Of a stretch of 64,000 nt of DNA, positions 11,084 to 20,315 are shown piece after piece; position 1 is the stretch's first letter, and the number at the start of each line of letters is the position of its first letter. A program made the translations under genes and the position numbers. A model generated the notes under the pieces. It was not told the DNA's origin. It ran no database searches and saw only the letters and a list, made by a program, of their open reading frames with translations. This stretch comes from an uncultured virus (IMG/VR IMGVR_UViG_3300020166_000018). Taxonomy: Duplodnaviria > Heunggongvirae > Uroviricota > Caudoviricetes. The stretch lies in IMG/VR virus record IMGVR_UViG_3300020166_000018; one strand, written 5' to 3'.

Positions 11084-11983
11084 ATGGCAGCCTACAAACA
11101 ATTTTTATCATCTGATGTAATTGTTACCCCATTTGAGGTTAACAAAGGGTTTTTATTCTCTGCTTCTGAATTTACTGATAGTGATGTAGATATAGATCGT
11201 TTTGAAGGAGTAAATAATACTCTTTTAAATAATGCTTCTAAAACTGGTAATGATAATGACCAATATAAAGTATTAATATATAGTTCAATTAAAGAATTAT
11301 ATTATTCCAATTTTACCACTTCTACATCAGGTTCAGTACCTGCTAGTTCCTCAATTCTCCCAGGAGAAACACCAGAAGGTGATGTATTAAGGGGACTTTC
11401 AACCTCTACAGGCAGGTATGAAAATTACTTACAATCCACATTAACACCATCTAGATTTATTCCAACAGGTTCTGGGGATAGAATAGCAACATTCTCTATT
11501 CCCTCTCGCTTATTTGGGGATTATATCCAACCTGAATCTTTTATATGGGAAGATAACACTAATAATTTTATTTTTACTGATGATGGTGAAGGTAACATTA
11601 TCTCTGGTAGTACTGTAGTAGGTAATATTATTTATCCTCATGGTATGATAATAATTACTAACCAAGACTTTACAATGTCTAGTCTAATATCAGCTACAAA
11701 TGTAACCTGTTCATTTAGTAGTTCATATGAGATATTTGAAACACAATATAAAGCTACAGTAAACGAATTTGAATATAATTTCTCACAAAACCCATCTATT
11801 ATTTCAGGTTCAACAGATGGTTCAGTATATGATTTTACAACAGGTAGTTTTTTCCAACCATACGCTACTACAATAGGATTATATAATGAGGCCCAAGAAT
11901 TATTAGCGGTAGGAAAATTATCCCAACCCTATCCATTATCCCGTACAACAGATACGACATTCTACATTAACATAGATAGATAA
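11084..11983 (+). CDS. Virion structural protein, paralogous to 10068-11078
   Basis: 299 aa; C-terminal YNFSQNPS..YATTIGLYNEAQELLAVGKLSQP. Confidence 0.55.
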   Translation: MAAYKQFLSSDVIVTPFEVNKGFLFSASEFTDSDVDIDRFEGVNNTLLNNASKTGNDNDQYKVLIYSSIKELYYSNFTTSTSGSVPASSSILPGETPEGDVLRGLSTSTGRYENYLQSTLTPSRFIPTGSGDRIATFSIPSRLFGDYIQPESFIWEDNTNNFIFTDDGEGNIISGSTVVGNIIYPHGMIIITNQDFTMSSLISATNVTCSFSSSYEIFETQYKATVNEFEYNFSQNPSIISGSTDGSVYDFTTGSFFQPYATTIGLYNEAQELLAVGKLSQPYPLSRTTDTTFYINIDR

Positions 11984-11987
11984 AATT

Positions 11988-12443
11988 ATGAACTGGTTAT
12001 ACAAAGGTGAGGAAATGACCTCATTAGAGGATTTCCCTCCTTCTACATTCGGTTTCGTATATAGAATTACCCACATCCCAAGTGGTAAAGCCTATATTGG
12101 TAAAAAATTCGTTAAATTTACTCGTAAAGCTAAATTAACTAAAAAAGATTTAGCATTGTATGAAGGTACTAAAGGTAGAAAACCATCATACAAACAAGTA
12201 GTAAAAGAATCAGACTGGCAAACCTACTGGGGTTCAAATAAAATCTTAACTAATTTATTAGAGAACGAACCAATAGAGAATTTCAAACGTGAAATCTTAA
12301 CTTTGGCTACCTCAAAAAAGTTATTAACTTACGAGGAAACAAAGGCACAGTTTATTTACGAGGTATTAGAAAATCCAAATGAATTCTTTAACGATAATAT
12401 TCTAGGTAAGTTCTTCACAAAAGACTTTGAGTCGCAAAAATAG
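11988..12443 (+). CDS. GIY-YIG family nuclease-like protein (Seg-like)
   Basis: GFVYRITHIPSGKAYIGKK..WQTYWGS..FKREIL..E..N motif pattern. Confidence 0.7.
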   Translation: MNWLYKGEEMTSLEDFPPSTFGFVYRITHIPSGKAYIGKKFVKFTRKAKLTKKDLALYEGTKGRKPSYKQVVKESDWQTYWGSNKILTNLLENEPIENFKREILTLATSKKLLTYEETKAQFIYEVLENPNEFFNDNILGKFFTKDFESQK

Positions 12444-12456
12444 GGTTGTATATTCA
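12426..12456 (+). promoter_or_regulatory. Putative promoter TTTG-N19-TATATTCA for primase
   Basis: TTTG at 12426-12429 and TATATTCA at 12449-12456; ATG at 12464. Confidence 0.45.
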
Positions 12457-12463
12457 CCCTTAT

Positions 12464-13390
12464 ATGGTAAATCATTTATTAGTAAACATAGTTAACTCCG
12501 TTTTGGGAGCAGGTAAAGCTACAGCTAGAGGTAATCAAGCCTACCACTGTCCGTTTTGCCATCACTCTAAACCTAAATTAGAGGTTAACTTTACTGATGG
12601 ACAGAAAAACCCTTGGCACTGTTGGGTATGTAATAAAAAAGGTACTAATCTAGTTACTTTACTTAAACAAGCTAAAGCCCCAGCTGAAAAAATTGCTGAA
12701 ATTAAAAAGCATGTTTCTTATAAAGATTATAGAAGCAATGCTAAAAAGGTTGAAGCAATACACCTACCAAAAGAGTTTAAAGCATTTACAGATATATCTA
12801 AAGGTGATATGACTGGTAGACAAGCATTAGCTTATTTAAAACGTCGTAATGTAACTAAAGCCGATTTACTGCGCTACAATATTGGTTATTGCGATGGTGG
12901 TGTCTATGATAAAATGATTATAATACCGTCGTATTCCCACGAAGGTTCCCTAAATTATTTTGTAGCTCGTAATTTCAACGAGCACAGCCCAGTTAAATAT
13001 AAAAACCCACCAATGAGTAAAGATACAGTTCCATTTGAGCTGTTTATAAATTGGTCATCTCCACTAGTATTAGTTGAAGGTATGTTTGATGCTTTGGCTG
13101 TAAAACGAAATGCTATACCACTTTTAGGTAAGCACATTCAGAGAGAATTAATGAAAAAAATTGTTACCTCACAGGTACAAAAAATATATATAGCTTTAGA
13201 TAAAGACGCTCAAAAAGATGCCGTTAAGTTTTGTGAACAGTTAATGAATGAAGGTAAGGAAATATATTTAGTAGATCTAGAAGATAAAGACCCATCGGAA
13301 ATGGGATTCAAAGCTATTACTCACCTAATTCAGAAAACGACCCCATTAGATCAATATGGTTTAATGGCTAAAAAATTACAATTTGTATGA
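12464..13390 (+). CDS. DNA primase (Zn finger + TOPRIM)
   Basis: CPFCHH..WHCWVC zinc-binding region; LVEGMFDALAV and ALDKDA TOPRIM motifs. ATG 12464 is preferred over the TTG at 12446, which overlaps the promoter motif. Confidence 0.88.
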   Translation: MVNHLLVNIVNSVLGAGKATARGNQAYHCPFCHHSKPKLEVNFTDGQKNPWHCWVCNKKGTNLVTLLKQAKAPAEKIAEIKKHVSYKDYRSNAKKVEAIHLPKEFKAFTDISKGDMTGRQALAYLKRRNVTKADLLRYNIGYCDGGVYDKMIIIPSYSHEGSLNYFVARNFNEHSPVKYKNPPMSKDTVPFELFINWSSPLVLVEGMFDALAVKRNAIPLLGKHIQRELMKKIVTSQVQKIYIALDKDAQKDAVKFCEQLMNEGKEIYLVDLEDKDPSEMGFKAITHLIQKTTPLDQYGLMAKKLQFV

Positions 13391-14166
13391 GTAAGAAAGT
13401 TCTAAAGAATTCTTACAAGCGTATTTTGGAAGTATCAGATGATGCTAAACAAATTACTATGCCCGACTCTCGTTATTACCAACGTAATGGCGAATTTTAT
13501 CCATCTATCACTTATGTTTTAGGAGCTTACCCAAAAGGAAAATTCTTTGAAGATTGGTTGAAAAAAGTAGGATATGCTTCCGAGCACATTGTACGTAAAG
13601 CAGCTGATCAAGGTACTGAGACACATGAGATGATTGAGGATTACCTAAATGGTAAAGAATTAAATTTCCTATCTAAATCAGGACATCCACAATACGATAC
13701 ACTCGTTTGGCAGATGTTCCTTAGATTTGTTGATTTTTGGGAAGAATACCAACCTGAATTAATCGAGACTGAAGTACATTTATTCTCAGATGAGCTTAAA
13801 GTAGCAGGTACTTGTGATATGGTTTGTAGAATTGACGGTAAAATTTGGATTATTGATTTTAAAACATCTAATCACCTCCAAACAACATACGACTTGCAAA
13901 CTGCGGTTTATGGTAAGTGTTATGAGGAATGTTTTGGTATTACACCAGACCATTACGGTGTTTTATGGTTAAAATCATCTAAGCGTGGTCCTAAAGAAGG
14001 TAAAATACAAGGTAAAAATTGGGAAATGTATGAATCAAACCGTAGTCAAGAAGAAAATCTTGATATCTTCATGACAGTTAAAAAATTATTTGATTTAGAA
14101 AATCCAACCCACAAACCAGCATTTACTAAATTTAGAACATCTGCGCGCCGGGTACTTGGAGATTAA
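13387..14166 (+). CDS. PD-(D/E)xK exonuclease
   Basis: YPSITYVL..GTETHEMIE..AGTCDMV..IIDFKTS..LQTAVY. Confidence 0.8.
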   Translation: MSKKVLKNSYKRILEVSDDAKQITMPDSRYYQRNGEFYPSITYVLGAYPKGKFFEDWLKKVGYASEHIVRKAADQGTETHEMIEDYLNGKELNFLSKSGHPQYDTLVWQMFLRFVDFWEEYQPELIETEVHLFSDELKVAGTCDMVCRIDGKIWIIDFKTSNHLQTTYDLQTAVYGKCYEECFGITPDHYGVLWLKSSKRGPKEGKIQGKNWEMYESNRSQEENLDIFMTVKKLFDLENPTHKPAFTKFRTSARRVLGD

Positions 14167-14186
14167 GGGAATCTTTCGTATATTTA
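14156..14186 (+). promoter_or_regulatory. Putative promoter TTG-N20-TATATTTA
   Basis: ATCTTTCGTATATTTA at 14171-14186 is identical to 26166-26181; both copies have TTGGA at the same spacing upstream. Confidence 0.65.
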
Positions 14187-14202
14187 TTGTAAACGCGCGT
14201 TT

Positions 14203-15003
14203 ATGATATCGTTAGTACAATTATTAAATGAAGTGGAAGGCAAACCAAAAGCTATCATATTAGCCGGTGCTCCTGGTGCTGGTAAAGGTACAATCCTAAA
14301 GGGGTTGGATCTGGGTGGTTTAAAGATAATGAATCTTGATAACACATTCATTGATAAGCTTAAACAAGCTAACGTTACCCTAGATCTTAAAAACGCAACA
14401 CCTGAAGAAAGAAGTAAGCAAGCTGTAGCAATGGCTGCTGCTAATAAAGAATTCAAAGGTGAATTACAAAATGTAATAGCTGGCAAGCAATCATTTGTAT
14501 TAGATGGTACTGCTGCCTCACTTAAACAAACTTCACTACTTAAAGATCAATTAGAGGAAGCTGGATATGATGTATTTATGCTTTATGTTTATACTGATTT
14601 AGAACGTTCACTCAAACAAAATCAGGATAGATTCGAAAAATCAGGTGGTGAAGATAGAAGTTTAGCACCTGCTATTGTAATGCGTACTTGGAAAGGTGTA
14701 ACAGATAATTTAAAACCATACGCTGATTTATTTGGCAGTAATTTTGTAGCAGTAGCTAACACATTAGAAGGTAATAAGATAAAGGATGTTGAAGATATTC
14801 TTAAAACATATCTAGAACCATTCGCACCTCAAGGTACTAAACCTAAAACACCTGCACAACAGGCTAAATCTGATAAGCAAAAAGCTGAGTTAAATGCTGA
14901 GATTCAAAATATGTTAAATGATGAATTTTTAGAAGATATACTTTCTTACACTGTATCTAAAGACGAGGCTCAAAGCAAATTACAGAATTTCTTACGTTCA
15001 TGA
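14203..15003 (+). CDS. P-loop kinase (zeta-toxin/AAA_33-like)
   Basis: AGAPGAGKGT Walker A; SFVLDGT Walker B; GYDVFMLYV. Confidence 0.7.
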   Translation: MISLVQLLNEVEGKPKAIILAGAPGAGKGTILKGLDLGGLKIMNLDNTFIDKLKQANVTLDLKNATPEERSKQAVAMAAANKEFKGELQNVIAGKQSFVLDGTAASLKQTSLLKDQLEEAGYDVFMLYVYTDLERSLKQNQDRFEKSGGEDRSLAPAIVMRTWKGVTDNLKPYADLFGSNFVAVANTLEGNKIKDVEDILKTYLEPFAPQGTKPKTPAQQAKSDKQKAELNAEIQNMLNDEFLEDILSYTVSKDEAQSKLQNFLRS

Positions 15004-17771
15004 ACGAATTAACTAAACATTTAGTAGACGGTATCCTTAATGAGGATAAACAAGAAGTAATAGGTATCTATGCTGGAGGTTTTAAACCACCAACATCAGG
15101 TCATTTTCAAGTCGTAGAAGAAGCCCTAAAACAATACCCAGAGATAGACAAGCTAATAGTACTAGTAGGTAGTGGTGTTAGAGATGGTATTGAGCAAGCT
15201 GAATCAATTTTAGTATGGGAAATTTATCAAAATTATCTACCTATGAAGGTAGAAATACAACCTGCTACAAAACCCCCAATTGGTGCTGTTTATAGCTATG
15301 CGGGAAATAACCCAGATGATACTATATATTGGATTTTAGGTGCTAGAGATGGTAAAGACGAAGATTTATCTGATATAGCTCAACGTACAGCCGCTATTGA
15401 TAAAAAAGAAGATAAATACAATAATGTTGAAGTTAAAGTAATCACAACTTCTAATGCTGGTATGAGCGGTACTAATGCTCGTAAAGCATTATTAGCAGGA
15501 AACAGAGAAGCATTTACCCAATTTATACCTTCTCAAGTAGAAGAAAAAGATGAAATATTTAATATCTTAAGACCTGCAGTTAAAGAAACAGATAATCCCG
15601 ATGATGGTAAAGCTGCCCCATTTGGTTCAGGATACGGAAAAGTAAACGAAAACGCTTCGTATTCTAAAGATATAGATATTAAAGGTAAAATCGATCAGTT
15701 AACCCAACATATGATCGATAAAGGGTACAACATTGAACCTTTACCTGGACTCGAATTTGTAGATGGTGATACTGAAAACGCTCGGGATTTCTTCGGAAAG
15801 ACGGCGTACTATGATCCAATCAACAAGGTTATTGTCCTATATACTGAAGGGCGTCATCCCAAAGATATAGCACGTAGTTATGCGCATGAAATGATCCACC
15901 ACATTCAAAATCTGGAAGGTAGATTAGAAGGTATCGCAACTACAAATACTCAGGAAGACGATTACCTAAACGATATTGAAGCTGAAGCTAACTTAAAAGG
16001 TACAATGACGTTTAGAAATTGGACTGATAGCTTAAACGAAATCGGAGACGCATCAGCTGCAAAGCTAGAATGGAGACCCTCACGCATTGATGTAATAGCT
16101 AGAGAAATCGAGCGTAAAATTAGAAAACAAGACGAGGATACAGTAGAGTATTACGATATGTTACCTGCTATTGAGGTTATCTCTCCTGAATCTAGAACTA
16201 GATATAGAATTACAGTTGATGCTTCAATCGATAAACCTGAAGATGAATTAGCGATGACTACACTTCGTGTAGACTTTACTACTGAAGAAGGTGGAGACGA
16301 TGCTATAAACAAAGGTGAACAATATAAAATATTAGCTACTCTTACAGATATTATCATTCAATTGATAAACAGAGTAAACGAGATCGATTCTACTACTTTA
16401 GATTTAGTTAAATTCTACGCTAAAGATGATACAGAAGGTAGATACGCTAACCCAGATTCCAAACGTGGTAAATTATATCAAGCATTTATTAACAAAAATT
16501 TATCTAAGCTTCCTGGAGACTGGAAAATGAGCACCTCAGATGAGGTAATAATGTTATCTCCTGTAGTAAGCGAAGGCTTTGATAAGAATTTAGGTAAAGA
16601 TCCATTTGGCTTAAACCAGTTTGCTCGTGAATTAATGGCTGAAGGTGCTTACGATTCATTAACTACTAAACTAACTAAAGCTACAATCAATAAATGGGTT
16701 GAGGATTCTAAAAAGAAACCAATGCCCAAAAAATCATTCGTTGATATTGATATAGATGATGTAGATGGTAAAGGTAGAGAAATTGAATTCAATTACGTTG
16801 GTATGGTTGAATTTGATAAAAAAGTAGACGGATACGAGGTAGATGGAACTTCAAATAGTGGTGAAGAAGAAGATAAATTCCCATTTATAGCTACCCTATT
16901 TAAAGTAAACCCAAAAGTACTACCCCAAGCATGGTCTAAAATCTCAGCTGATGTCTCAGATGTTATTAGACATGAAATTGAGCATTTAACTCAAACCGGA
17001 GATAATTTAAGAACAGGTAAATACATGGATGATGATATTCAACTCCGTGATTTAATCAATAAAGTTAAGATACTACCACAAAGCGATTACTATAAGCTTG
17101 AAAAAGAAGTAGATGCTATGCTTCAAGGTTTATATTTAAAAGCTAAAAAAACTAGAAAACCATTTAAAGATGTTATCCAAAATTACTTAGATATTGCTCC
17201 TGGTCTTGAGGCAAAAGAAGATAAAGAAATCATACTAAATCTTTGGAGAAGCAGAAGAAAGGCATTATCTTTACCGGTATTCGAAAATGAAGAAAAGGTT
17301 ATGGACTATAAAATTTACCTCGATATGGACGGGGTGTTAGTTGATTTTGATCAACAATTTAAAGATTTAACAGGTATGATGCCTCGTGAATTTGAAGCAA
17401 AACATGGATCAACAGGTTTCTGGGAAGCTATAGATAAAGCCGGTGTAGGTTTTTGGCGTGGTATGTCTTGGATGCCTGGTGGGGAAGCACTTTACAACAG
17501 AGCATCTCAATTTGATCATGAATTATTATCTTCACCTTCACGTAGTGAATTATCTAAGATAGGAAAACGTTTATGGAGAAGAGATAAAACTCCAAGTACT
17601 AAATTAACCCTATCCAGATCATATTTAAAGAAAAATTATGCTGCTCCTAATCATATTTTAATTGATGATAGGGAAGATAATATCCAACAGTGGAGAGATG
17701 CTGGTGGTATAGGTATTTTATATACATCCGCTAATCAAGTTAACACAGAATTAGATAAATTAGGTTTATGA
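15000..17771 (+). CDS. Multidomain protein: cytidylyltransferase-like NTase + two HExxH domains + HAD 5'-nucleotidase-like domain
   Basis: YAGGFKPPTSGH..MSGTNARKAL (HxGH-like nucleotidyltransferase); AHEMIHH; RHEIEH; IYLDMDGVLVDF..ILIDD (HAD). Confidence 0.75.
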   Translation: MNELTKHLVDGILNEDKQEVIGIYAGGFKPPTSGHFQVVEEALKQYPEIDKLIVLVGSGVRDGIEQAESILVWEIYQNYLPMKVEIQPATKPPIGAVYSYAGNNPDDTIYWILGARDGKDEDLSDIAQRTAAIDKKEDKYNNVEVKVITTSNAGMSGTNARKALLAGNREAFTQFIPSQVEEKDEIFNILRPAVKETDNPDDGKAAPFGSGYGKVNENASYSKDIDIKGKIDQLTQHMIDKGYNIEPLPGLEFVDGDTENARDFFGKTAYYDPINKVIVLYTEGRHPKDIARSYAHEMIHHIQNLEGRLEGIATTNTQEDDYLNDIEAEANLKGTMTFRNWTDSLNEIGDASAAKLEWRPSRIDVIAREIERKIRKQDEDTVEYYDMLPAIEVISPESRTRYRITVDASIDKPEDELAMTTLRVDFTTEEGGDDAINKGEQYKILATLTDIIIQLINRVNEIDSTTLDLVKFYAKDDTEGRYANPDSKRGKLYQAFINKNLSKLPGDWKMSTSDEVIMLSPVVSEGFDKNLGKDPFGLNQFARELMAEGAYDSLTTKLTKATINKWVEDSKKKPMPKKSFVDIDIDDVDGKGREIEFNYVGMVEFDKKVDGYEVDGTSNSGEEEDKFPFIATLFKVNPKVLPQAWSKISADVSDVIRHEIEHLTQTGDNLRTGKYMDDDIQLRDLINKVKILPQSDYYKLEKEVDAMLQGLYLKAKKTRKPFKDVIQNYLDIAPGLEAKEDKEIILNLWRSRRKALSLPVFENEEKVMDYKIYLDMDGVLVDFDQQFKDLTGMMPREFEAKHGSTGFWEAIDKAGVGFWRGMSWMPGGEALYNRASQFDHELLSSPSRSELSKIGKRLWRRDKTPSTKLTLSRSYLKKNYAAPNHILIDDREDNIQQWRDAGGIGILYTSANQVNTELDKLGL

Positions 17772-18340
17772 GTCAAGACAATGTTCTAAAAAAAGAGTTT
17801 TCTAAAAAAGACGTTCAACGTGTACGTAATGTAATGTCTGGTAAAGCAGATGAGCGTACTACTGGTGGTGTTGGTTATACAAAACAAAAAATTCATCGCG
17901 AAGAAGGTGATGTTTGGACTGAAGATGGCCGTCAATGGACTATTAAAGATGGTTTAAAACAAAATATCACCAGGCTAGATAAAGCAAAAGAAGCATTAAT
18001 GCCTATGTTTTGTCCAAGCTGTGATAAAGTAATGAAAGCTCGTTTAGATGACCCTGTATATAAATTCTTTAGACGTTGTTTTAATTGTCAAGCAAAATTT
18101 GAAATGGATCTTAAATTAGAAGGTTTATTTGATGAATGGAAAAAAGAATTAGATAATTCATCACTTGATAAAATGATTGAAGGTGTAGAACAATACCTAG
18201 AAGAAGCACTTACTGATTCAAATCAAGGATTTATTTCTGAAGCAGGTGAGGTGCAGAATTGGAAAGGTGGTGTTAATAAAGAATTAGCTACTAAAAGCAT
18301 TGGAGAAACTATTGAGTACCTTAAGTCTTTAAAGAAGTAA
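17768..18340 (+). CDS. Hypothetical Zn-ribbon protein
   Basis: 190 aa; CPSC..CFNC. Confidence 0.65.
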   Translation: MSQDNVLKKEFSKKDVQRVRNVMSGKADERTTGGVGYTKQKIHREEGDVWTEDGRQWTIKDGLKQNITRLDKAKEALMPMFCPSCDKVMKARLDDPVYKFFRRCFNCQAKFEMDLKLEGLFDEWKKELDNSSLDKMIEGVEQYLEEALTDSNQGFISEAGEVQNWKGGVNKELATKSIGETIEYLKSLKK

Positions 18341-18362
18341 ATTTTTTTCCATATTTATAATC

Positions 18363-18602
18363 ATGGAATTTAGGCCGGGAACTAATATAAAAAGAGATCG
18401 TGGTGTAACTTATGTTAAGGATACTATCCAAACACAAGTTGACCCACCAAAACCTCCTACCCCCTCACCTAAACCAACACCTAAAAAGAAAATAAAACCT
18501 AAAAAGGATGAAGCAATTCAACTCGAACCTGTGGTTCAAAAACCAATACCTACAGGAAGCAAACCTCAGCGAAAAGGAAGACCTAAAGGAGGAAAAAAGT
18601 AA
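18363..18602 (+). CDS. Small Pro/Lys-rich hypothetical protein
   Basis: 79-aa ORF starting just after the ATATTTATA motif; overlaps the next gene by 95 nt. Confidence 0.4.
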   Translation: MEFRPGTNIKRDRGVTYVKDTIQTQVDPPKPPTPSPKPTPKKKIKPKKDEAIQLEPVVQKPIPTGSKPQRKGRPKGGKK

Positions 18603-18936
18603 ATACGATCTATATTTAGATATGTTTATCCAGGAACTAGAGGGTTTCGATGGTGGGGCTGCTGATTACCTTAAAAATCACCGTAATTTAATGATTCGTA
18701 ATATGCAAAGTATTGATTTTGATTTTGTTAATGAAGAAATCTCTGATTACGAGATGGTAGTATATAAAGTAGAAGGTGTAACTGCTGATACAGATGAAGG
18801 AGGCCCAGACGAGCCATTTGAAATGGAAGTTAAATTAGATGCCTCACTATCAGCTGATGAAGTAAAAAGTGCTATTAGAGATGCTGCTCGTAGAGAACAA
18901 GGTAAGTTGTATAAACTTGATTACAAGAAAGCATAA
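18508..18936 (+). CDS. Acidic hypothetical protein (putative head-internal)
   Basis: 142 aa; N-terminal YLQE/NLSE/DLKE motifs; coupled to the next gene by TAATG. Confidence 0.6.
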   Translation: MKQFNSNLWFKNQYLQEANLSEKEDLKEEKSKYDLYLDMFIQELEGFDGGAADYLKNHRNLMIRNMQSIDFDFVNEEISDYEMVVYKVEGVTADTDEGGPDEPFEMEVKLDASLSADEVKSAIRDAARREQGKLYKLDYKKA

Positions 18937-19985
18937 TGGAAGACTTAAAACAAATACAAGAATTCTTTTCTAAACCGATAAAAGAAAATTCAAGACGCTC
19001 TCCTGATTTTATTCTAACAGAACCAGCAGAAATAAAATACACAGAATCATTTGGTTCAGGCATTAAAGCACCTGGTGTTTTACACCACGCAAACGAAGGA
19101 GTATTTTTAGGAGCAGAAGGTGCTTATATTATCGTACTTCCTGGAGGTACTTTCTATGTAGATGAAGATAAAGAGGAAGCTATTCGAATTTACCCTCTTA
19201 AAGACCAATCTAGAGAATTACAATTAGCACTTGATTATACCCCATTTTCTCCAAAATATGAGACATGGAAAAGTTGGGTTAAAAAGCCTAAAACATTAGA
19301 AGGAGCTTATAGTGGTTTTAGAAGAGGAGAACCAGAAGATCTAGATTCAGAACCATTCAACCCAACAGGAGCAGTAGCTGAATTTAAAGAAGATTTAAGA
19401 GCATTATTTAGTAAATTTAAAGGTGATTTAAAAAATCCTGAATTTATAAAAGGGGTAGGTGAAATAATGGTTAGTTGGAAATCATTATTAAGAAGCCAAT
19501 TAGAAGAATACAACACAGGTATCTACTATAAAGACGAAAAAACACAAGATAAAGCTAAAGACTCAGCTAAAACAGCAATGGATCGAGTTAAAGACATGAT
19601 CAAAAAGATTGCTAGCGAACAGATTGAAGAATCTAAACCTAAAAAAGGTCACGGTGAAAAAATAGCTAAAGATGTATTTGCTAAATTACAAGGTAAAGTA
19701 GTTAATTATAAAGGCGAAGAATATAAAGTAGTCTCCTCAGATGATGCTGTATTAAGAATGCAAGATGGAGATGGTAACTTTAAATCTGTTAATCTAAATC
19801 AATTTAATATTGGTGGTATGATTAAAGAAATAATGGAAACCATTGAATTAGGTAAAAACCTAAACGAGGAACTTTGCGCAAAAGGTAAAGCATACCGTAA
19901 AAAAAGAATGGCAGCTGGTGAAAAATCATCTGCTTACCTCTCAGGCCGCGCTGTTAAGGTGTGTAAAGGGCAAATGAAAGGGTAA
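18936..19985 (+). CDS. Hypothetical protein (putative head-internal) with basic Cys-containing C-terminal module
   Basis: 349 aa; ends LCAKGKAYRKKR..SAYLSGRAVKVCKG. Confidence 0.65.
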   Translation: MEDLKQIQEFFSKPIKENSRRSPDFILTEPAEIKYTESFGSGIKAPGVLHHANEGVFLGAEGAYIIVLPGGTFYVDEDKEEAIRIYPLKDQSRELQLALDYTPFSPKYETWKSWVKKPKTLEGAYSGFRRGEPEDLDSEPFNPTGAVAEFKEDLRALFSKFKGDLKNPEFIKGVGEIMVSWKSLLRSQLEEYNTGIYYKDEKTQDKAKDSAKTAMDRVKDMIKKIASEQIEESKPKKGHGEKIAKDVFAKLQGKVVNYKGEEYKVVSSDDAVLRMQDGDGNFKSVNLNQFNIGGMIKEIMETIELGKNLNEELCAKGKAYRKKRMAAGEKSSAYLSGRAVKVCKGQMKG

Positions 19986-20278
19986 TGACACGAGACAGAG
20001 TAAAGGAAATCATAGACGAATCACTACGCGACTGGTTTAAAAAAGAAAACTGGGTTCGAATAGATACGGCTGGTAATATTACCGGCCCTTGTGGTACTAT
20101 GAAGAACAAGAAAAATCCTTCTCGTTGTCTACCAAAGAAAAAAGCTCAATCCTTAACTAAAAAAGAAAGAGCAGCATCAGCTCGCAAGAAAAAAGCGGGA
20201 GGTAAAAAAGGAAAACAATTTGTAAAAAACACGAAAAAAGCGTCCTACAAGAAAGGAACGTATCAGTCCAAAAAATAA
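19985..20278 (+). CDS. Small basic phage protein
   Basis: 97 aa; SLRDWFKKENWVRI..GPCG..CLPKKKAQSL. Confidence 0.65.
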   Translation: MTRDRVKEIIDESLRDWFKKENWVRIDTAGNITGPCGTMKNKKNPSRCLPKKKAQSLTKKERAASARKKKAGGKKGKQFVKNTKKASYKKGTYQSKK

Positions 20279-20315
20279 CCATATTTATCACATATAGCTA
20301 TAAACAAACATTATA

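Noticed and set aside
12446..12463. TTG start for primase
   Set aside because: It overlaps the promoter-like motif; ATG 12464 is more plausible.
14203..15003. Toxin-antitoxin call for the zeta-like kinase
   Set aside because: Only the P-loop fold is evident; no antitoxin or substrate-specific motif could be confirmed.
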